Assembly: GCA_951406725.2 (NCBI GenBank)
Contig: OX597814.1
Location: forward strand, 90,024,001 to 90,088,000
Reading direction: 5' to 3'
Length of the DNA: 64,000 nucleotides
Source: Octopus vulgaris
Lineage: Eukaryota
The notes under the pieces: generated by a model
Database searches by the model: none
The model's input: the letters and a program-made list of their open reading frames with translations, nothing else
What the model was told of the DNA's origin: nothing
Shown: one piece after another, positions 56,695 through 64,000 of the stretch
Layout: each line of letters begins with the position of its first letter
How positions within the stretch are numbered: position 1 is the stretch's first letter
Translations under genes and position numbers: made by a program

Positions 56695-57755
56695 AAATTA
56701 AGGAAGGGCTGTTCTGTATTGTTTGTGAATAGAGAAGTTGTGTTCGACCAGAGAGAATCGTAGCATCATCATTTTTTTTTTTCCACGTGCGTTTGTGTTA
56801 TTGCAATAAAAAGTGTTTGTATATTTCCTGTAAGGTAATATTGTGGAGGTTGAAGTTGACTTTTCTAGAGATGTTTGTATGTCCAGTTAGAAGAACAGGT
56901 GTGTTTTTACAATAAAAAGTATATGTTTACATTTATATTTGAATATTCAGGGAGGAAGCAAAGAAAAGTCAGATTTTCATAGAAAGTTTTAGGGTTTTGT
57001 AAGTCCACAAAAAGAAAAAAAAGAAAAGCGTGATGTTTTTAGAGAGAAGAAAAAAAAAAAGGATGTTTACAGAGGCAATTGTGGGTATCAAAGTTTTTAA
57101 AGCTGGTCGAATGTATGATTGAAAACTGTAGATATGTAAATTTGTAAATTTTCTTAACTTATTTTGAAGGGCTGTTCTGTATCATTTGTGAATAGAGAAG
57201 CTGTGTTCGACCAGAGAGAATCTTAGCATCATTATTTTTTCCATGTGCGTTTGTGCTATTGCAATAAAAAATGTTTGAATATTTCGTGCTTATTTTGAAG
57301 GGCTATTCTGTATTATTTGTGAATAGAGAAGCTGTGTTCGACCAGAGAGAATCTTACCATCATTATTTTTTCCATGTGCGTTTGTGTTATTGCAATAAAA
57401 AGTGTTTGTATATTTCGTGCAAGGTAATATTGTGGAGGTTGAAGTTGACCCCTCTAGAGATGTTTGTATGTCCAGTTAGAGGAACAGGTGTGTTTTGCAA
57501 TAAAGAGTATATGTTTACATTTATATTTGAATATTCTGGGAGGAAGCAAAGAAAAAAGAAAAGTCAGATTTTCATAGAAAGTTTTAGGGTTTTGCAAGTC
57601 CACAAAAAGAAAAGCGTGATGTTTTTAGAGAGAAGAAAAAAAAAAGGGTGCTTACAGAGGCAGTTGTGGGTATTAAAGTTTTTAAAGCCGATCGGATGTA
57701 TGTTTGAAAGCTGCAGATATGTAAATTTGTAAATTTCTTAACCCACTTTGAAGAG
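56695..57755 (-). repeat. Tandem ~460/130/460-bp duplication, probably a decayed PLE 3' end
   Basis: GAAGGGCT(G/A)TTCTGTAT starts units near 56702, 57167 and 57297. The minus strand retains an EYS/YKCKH trace like 59440-59470. Confidence 0.7.
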
Positions 57756-57823
57756 AATTTCAAATACTCACGAGGTATTGTAGATGTTCCAGTCTTTGAG
57801 AGTTATTTTTCCCCGTTGCTAAA

Positions 57824-57913
57824 CTGGCCCATATTAGTGTTTCTATGGCTTTCAGCCACCGAACTGTCAGAGCAGTGAGGAACACGTCCAGCCGCTGTCA
57901 AGGCTGGCGCTCT
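57824..57913 (-). ncRNA. Degenerate HDV-like ribozyme candidate
   Basis: AGAGCG/UGCUCU (P1), CCAGCC..GGCUGG hairpin, GUG-UUCCU-CAC (P3/L3), UGGCU-GAA-AGCCA (P4 part), CUAA, and CUGG/CCAG (P2). L3 is short and P2 is imperfect. Confidence 0.35.
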
Positions 57914-57959
57914 TCTTCTTCTTCTTCTTCTTCTTCTTCTTCTTCTTCTTCTTCTTCTT

Positions 57960-58039
<80 letters not shown>

Positions 58040-58083
58040 CATTATTATTACTATCATCATTATCATTGTCGTTGTTGTTGTTG

Positions 58084-58142
<59 letters not shown>

Positions 58143-58172
58143 GTTATTATTACTATCATTATTATTATTATT
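57912..58172. repeat. (CTT)n(TTA)n compound microsatellite
   Basis: Direct reading. Confidence 0.95.
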
Positions 58173-58443
58173 GAGTGAGAGAACAGTGCATGTCATGAAA
58201 ATAATACCTACCATGACTTCCGTCTGATAAGGATACAACAGACATGCATCAGGGCAGTTCTTCTCCTTTCTCTGAAATTGCTGGCTTTGTACCAAAATTT
58301 GAAACCATTATTATTATCATTATCATTAGTTTCACATTTTGACACAAACCCAGCAATTTCGGAGGAAGGGGTAAGTCTATTACATCGACTTCAGCGCTCA
58401 AATGTAATTATTTTATCGAGACCAAAAAGAAGAAAGGTCAATG

Positions 58444-58526
<83 letters not shown>

Positions 58527-58599
58527 ATATAAATAGGTGAATGAATTATCCTATGTTTATCGTCAGCATGGAAAATTCGTTGAGCCGAAACCAGGGTAG

Positions 58600-59499
58600 C
58601 AAATTCACGTCAGAAACACGCAGTTCCGTGAAGCCGTTGCTAGGAACTTTCCAAGAAATTCTAGATATCATTCTATTATCAATTCCCACATAGTTAGAAT
58701 CGCTTTCTCTAACACTAGAAATCTTTCACAAATTATATCTTCTCACAATACCAAGCTGCTAAACAAAGATTCTTCACCCGGGAGTTCTAACACTAATCTT
58801 GCTAATTCCAACCCCTCATACAATCATAATAATAGGAATAGTATTAATAGTAATAGCATTGGTAGCAGCGATAGTGTTAACAATGATAATATTAATAATA
58901 GTATTAGTCGTGTTAATAACAATGGTAATGTTGATGGTAATAACAATAGCGGTATTATTGTCGGTGGTATTACTGGTTGTATTACCATTAGTAATACTAA
59001 TAATAATACAAATAGTGTAGCTGTTGGCGCTAATAATAATAGTAACAACAATCATAGCAATAAAAACTTCGTTTCAATCTCGGAGGACAACCCCAACAGA
59101 ATTAAATTTTTGTCTAGTAATTCTAAGATTACGAATTCTATTTACCAGTGTAGAATTTCTTCCGGTACCGATGTCTTCTTCTATATAGGAGCGTTCACTT
59201 CCCAGTTATCCAAGAGAATTTCAAACCATTATTCAACATTCAGGGATAGTAAAAAACGACATAGTACAGGGCTAAGTAAATTAGTTTGGCGTCTTAAAGA
59301 CAACAATATTAATTTCAAGTTAGATTGGTTCATACTGTCTGTATCCTTTCCTTTTGATAAGGGCAGGAGATTTTTTTACATTTGCAACACCGAACTCTTC
59401 CATATTCTCTTCTCTAAGGTTCCCCTTGTAAACACACTCATAGAAAAATCATACAAATGTAAACACTGGCAGAAACATACTTTCTACTCATATAAATGA
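58600..59499 (+). pseudogene. 5'-truncated Penelope-like ORF: post-RT linker, Asn-rich insert and GIY-YIG endonuclease
   Basis: One open frame: FREAVARNFPRNSRYHSIINSHIVRIAFSNTRNLSQIISSHNTKLL ... NSIYQC...FYIG...KRISNHYSTF...STGLSK..W.LK...CNTE...YKCKH. Confidence 0.85.
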
Positions 59500-59770
59500 T
59501 AACGATAGTCACTGTAGTTTGAACAATTAACTTAACGTGCACTCCACTTCAATAGCGAAATTCTTTCCTAAGTCTTTGAACATTCTTTCAATCAACGTAC
59601 CCTTCCCTCTCCACTTGTTCCCTACCTATTATTCCTTTAACCCTTCTCTTCCTACTATCTATGTTTGACGTCAATTCTTCTAACGGTTTTTTAAAAACAC
59701 TCATTATCGTTTTGTTTACCATGTAGGCAGTCATCGAAACTTTTGTTTGTCTTGTTGTCGAGAGAGGCTT

Positions 59771-59863
59771 CCTTTCTTTCCTGATGAGAAGATTGCATAA
59801 TGCACCCTTTATTCCTTTGGAATGAAACCATGTTGTCTTCGAAACATATGTCGAGAGTAAAGG
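59771..59863 (+). ncRNA. Intact type-I hammerhead ribozyme in the PLE 3' repeat
   Basis: CUUUC-CUGAUGA-GAAGAUUGCAU...AUGUUGUCUUC-GAAA-CAUAUG-UC^GAGAG. All core nucleotides are canonical. Predicted cut after C59852. Confidence 0.85.
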
Positions 59864-59904
59864 AATTCTGTTAACATCTTCGTTCGACTCCATTCTTTCA
59901 TTTA

Positions 59905-59976
<72 letters not shown>

Positions 59977-61317
59977 CATACATACATTCATAGACACATA
60001 CATGCATACATACATACCTACATACATACATACATACGACCAAAGTCCTGAAAAACTCAGTGACTACTAATTCAGCCCACGACAGAGAGGATGGTCTTGA
60101 ATCCGAGAATTTGAATTCGTGGAGACACTACTTACATATCGCCTGACGAAACACAACTAGATCACATAATGATCACATATAGGTTCTTTACATCTGACTA
60201 AAGCACATACAACAAAAATAAATTTATGGTTATAATAATTATAGGGTCTCAACTAGTGTATTTAAATTTTTTTAAATGTGGAGTATTCCTTAAGTAAAAT
60301 AAATTCACATATTAGATATTGTACTGGTCACATTAATGAGATTGAACGACCCTTGGTACTCATTTCAATAGTTTTATGCCAGCTTACACTTGTACTGGAA
60401 AAGTATAGAATCGTGATAAAATTACAAATGTGGTGTAAAATTTCATGTTTACACCACACAATTTCAAAATTACACCAATAATTTCAAACTTGAAATTATT
60501 GAAATGAGATACATAAAATTTTGCGTGCGTATTTTATTATACCTTCTTTCCTCCTCTCTGATTCCTACCTGTCACACTAACCTATGCAATCACGTAAGTC
60601 TATTTATAGAAAATTGACATCCTTGTATTCTTCCCCCACTTTAAAATTTACTACTGAAATTACCGCTCACTTTGGTACCACCCCACCCATACCTTTTCTC
60701 TACCCATTCCTTAAAGCAGCTGTATCATATCACCCCTACTCACACATCTCATAATTATTCACTCCTTACCTTCCCATGTCTTCCTATTCTACCCCTACTG
60801 CTCTCCCTTCCTCCCCTCATAATTTCTTGACCGCCAACTAACACTCCTTTTTGCACTTCCGCCCTTTCTTCTCTTTTTATCACTGTTCACTTATTTCTCT
60901 CTTTCTCTCTCTTTTTCTTCCTCTCATTTTTCTCTTCCTGTTTTCAATTTGACCTATCTCATTCTAATTATACACATCTCTACCCACCATCTATCCACAA
61001 ATACATTCTCAAATGTTTGTTCACACGACAAGACCCTTTCGAATAAGCAACACAGAATCAACGGGTCCATACTTTGAAATGACTAAACATGAACTACTAT
61101 TGGAACTTACATACCATGTTCAGGAAGCTTTTTTTACCACTTCTATGCACCACTTTCCTCGATTAATGGAACTGCAACTACAATATCTTTATATATTTTA
61201 TATTTTTAATTCTACTTTCATTCTCTTATTTCCGTCTTTATTCCCTAGCTCCCACTTTTCCATAATAATTCTGTATTTCGAACTCAAATATTTACCTCTA
61301 TTTAACCGTCTCATGTC

Positions 61318-61365
61318 GTCTCTCATGAAGGGATTTCCATAATGTCCCAGAAACAGCTGTAAGAC
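61318..61365 (+). ncRNA. Hammerhead remnant (G5C) at the end of a decayed PLE-like segment (~60240-61430)
   Basis: GUCU-CUCAUGA-A-GGGAU..GUCCC-A-GAAA-CAGCUG-UA^AGAC. Stem I is perfect and stem III is palindromic. Confidence 0.6.
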
Positions 61366-61450
61366 TATATCTATATATATTTCCATATAAATGTCCTGAA
61401 AACTCCTGACAGCCTTGACTTTGTTTTCTCATTTTGTGTGTGTGTATATA

Positions 61451-61527
<77 letters not shown>

Positions 61528-62062
61528 TGGTTTTCTGACGAAGTTCAATAATCGGTTAGACAACATATTACTACAGTTTTAAAAATAGTACAAAAATTCT
61601 ACTAATAGTGTGAGGAATCAACTTTATATATATATAACTCCCCAGACAATCATAAACTATATTATGGAACAATGAACAAACGTTACTCTCACAACCACGA
61701 CCATCACAAAACCCGTACTGCCATGGCAACAGACAACAAACAAACGTCATCACCGTCACCGCCATCAGCAGCGTTTCTCTTTAACTATCACCGCTACAAA
61801 GCAATATGACTTTACCACGCCCACCAACACTACCAGTTCCAAGATTATCAGCAACAAAAACGATATTCGCTATAAGCAATACCAGAATACTACTGTTACA
61901 ACAACAAGCATCATCACCGCCACCGCCACCACCATCGTTACCACCAACGCCACAACTCCGACTATCTACAACCACAACTACCACCACCACCATAACCAGC
62001 CATCCACCACCTCCACTAACATCACAACGACTATACACTACCAACACGACAACTATCTTCCC

Positions 62063-62186
62063 TCACCACCACCACCACCACCACCACCACCACCACCACC
62101 ACCACCACCACCACCACCACCACCACCACCACTGCCACCACCACCACCACCACCACCACCACCACCACCACCACCACCGCCGCCAC
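62063..62186. repeat. (CAC)n microsatellite
   Basis: Direct reading. Confidence 0.95.
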
Positions 62187-63019
62187 TAATACCATTACAA
62201 ACAACGACACTACTATGACTACTAGAAACAAAGAAACAATATCAATGCAGTTACTAACTCCATCATTTACCATTATCATTTCTTATGTTCATTGTTTCTT
62301 TATCTCTGAATTTCTCAGTATATATATTAAAAACTTTTTCTCCCTAATGCCTTTCTTCTCTATCTTTTTCTCACTTACTTTCTCCCTTCGATACGTGCTC
62401 TCGCATTCTCTCTCCATCAACCCTTTTCTCTCTGTCAGAATCTCTTTCTCCCTCTCTGTCCTTATTTACCATCATAAAAGCAAATATTGCAACTACCACC
62501 TCCCTTATCATGACACCGACAATCTCTTGTTGTTTGAATTATGTCCCTTAGTGATTTCAAAGTGTCGGATGAAAAGAGCCGGAACAAATACTACAAAGTG
62601 TTTTCTCCAACGCTCTAGCAATTCTGCCGGTCAGCCACCCTTTTACTTTCTAATTTAGGCATAAGGCCAACAATTTTTGAAGGGTGGGTTAGTCAACAAC
62701 ATCGACCAAATACATTATCATATCGTTTCCATAGAGATGAGAAGCAATACTGTTCTCAGTGGGGTTCGAAAATCTAAAAGAATTCATCGGACAGCATCGA
62801 ACAAAAGCCCAATATTTGGCATTGAAAAAATTGTCGAGCGTTATTTCTGATTGTATTGCCTGTACTAATTGCCTGGTCTTGATTGGTAACTAGAGCCCCC
62901 ACCCAGTTCCCTCCTCCAAACTATTTTTCTGTATTGTTACCACTTTCACACGCGCTATATATTCATACATAGCGCTTTCTGTAGAGTATGACACTGCCTG
63001 CTGTTGCCGAACAACTTCA

Positions 63020-63453
63020 GCAACTACTGATAAACTAATACGGAAAACTGGTCCCTGAAACATTTGCGTACTTCTAAAGGGCCATTCATTTTCCAATAAC
63101 CAGGTTGCTGTCTATGGGTTATATTTTAGTTGGGCGAGCAGAACAAAATCTATGGAACACAGTTTGAAATCAGTAATGATCAACAGTATTCTTCTCGCTT
63201 AGTTCAAAGAAAGCTCTATTTCAATAGGACCTGGTTGACTTGGTAGATCATTGCCGAAACCCAGTCGGTAGTTCTCAGACAGTTGGAACCATCGGAGCAA
63301 ATTTGGGTGGCTTTTACCGTAGACCCGGTTGGTGTCGGTCGAAGATTCAACAGGGATTTTCACTGAGGGTCGACTTCGATAAGACATTTTGGATGACTTG
63401 TTTAAAAACTCTTTCACCGCTTCTCTCACAAAAATAATTGGCTGTGAAATTGT

Positions 63454-63456
<3 letters not shown>
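63020..63456 (-). pseudogene. Possible very old mariner 5' fragment
   Basis: Weak resemblance only: TNRVYGK....LLRWFQ...YRLG...DLPSQPGP versus the mariner N-terminal HTH and D.PRSGRP. Confidence 0.3.
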
Positions 63457-63517
<61 letters not shown>

Positions 63518-63661
63518 AACACACATACATACATGTATGCATACATACATGTATGCATACATACATGTATGCATACATACATATCTACATACATACACAC
63601 ATATTTATATTTCTAGATAAGTATATTTATATGTAGAATCTCTCTCTCTCTCTCTGTATAC

Positions 63662-63756
<95 letters not shown>

Positions 63757-64000
63757 TATCTATCTGTCTGTCTATCTCTTTCTCTCTCTATCTGTGTGTG
63801 TATGTGCGTGTGTGTTGCAGAAAATAAAAGTGAATTTCGAACGAAGCATAGCTGTGAATATGTTTTAATCCCACATCAATTAAATGCAGAAACAAAGACG
63901 AAAGCGTTTTCTCATCTCATCTTTTCCATTCACCTCCTTGTCATGTTTGTTGTTAATAAATAGAAATATATTAAAAAGAGAAAAATATTATCAGAAGCCA

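Overview
AT-rich, microsatellite-dense eukaryotic intronic or intergenic DNA. The SINE families and repeat content look like an octopus (cephalopod) genome; that is inferred from memory, not from a search. I can support no host exon, rRNA, true tRNA or CRISPR array. The window is a mosaic of mobile DNA. There are three R4/Dong-type non-LTR retrotransposons (RT plus restriction-like endonuclease) sitting in (TAA)n tracts, and one of them (52404-56380, minus) looks full length with a single homopolymer frameshift. There are also several mariner/Tc1 remnants, an APE-RT LINE remnant, many tRNA-derived SINEs and many Penelope-like (PLE, GIY-YIG) remnants flanked by (TA)n. The main unexplained signal is ribozymes: about ten type-I hammerhead or hammerhead-like motifs from several unrelated repeat families, plus a degenerate HDV-like fold. 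The best candidate for an undescribed system is a short non-coding element present twice (16407-16790 and 29301-29770). It joins a tRNA-derived Pol III head to a hammerhead-bearing 3' end and carries a PLE-style inverted duplication of that 3' end. All RNA folds were done by eye.
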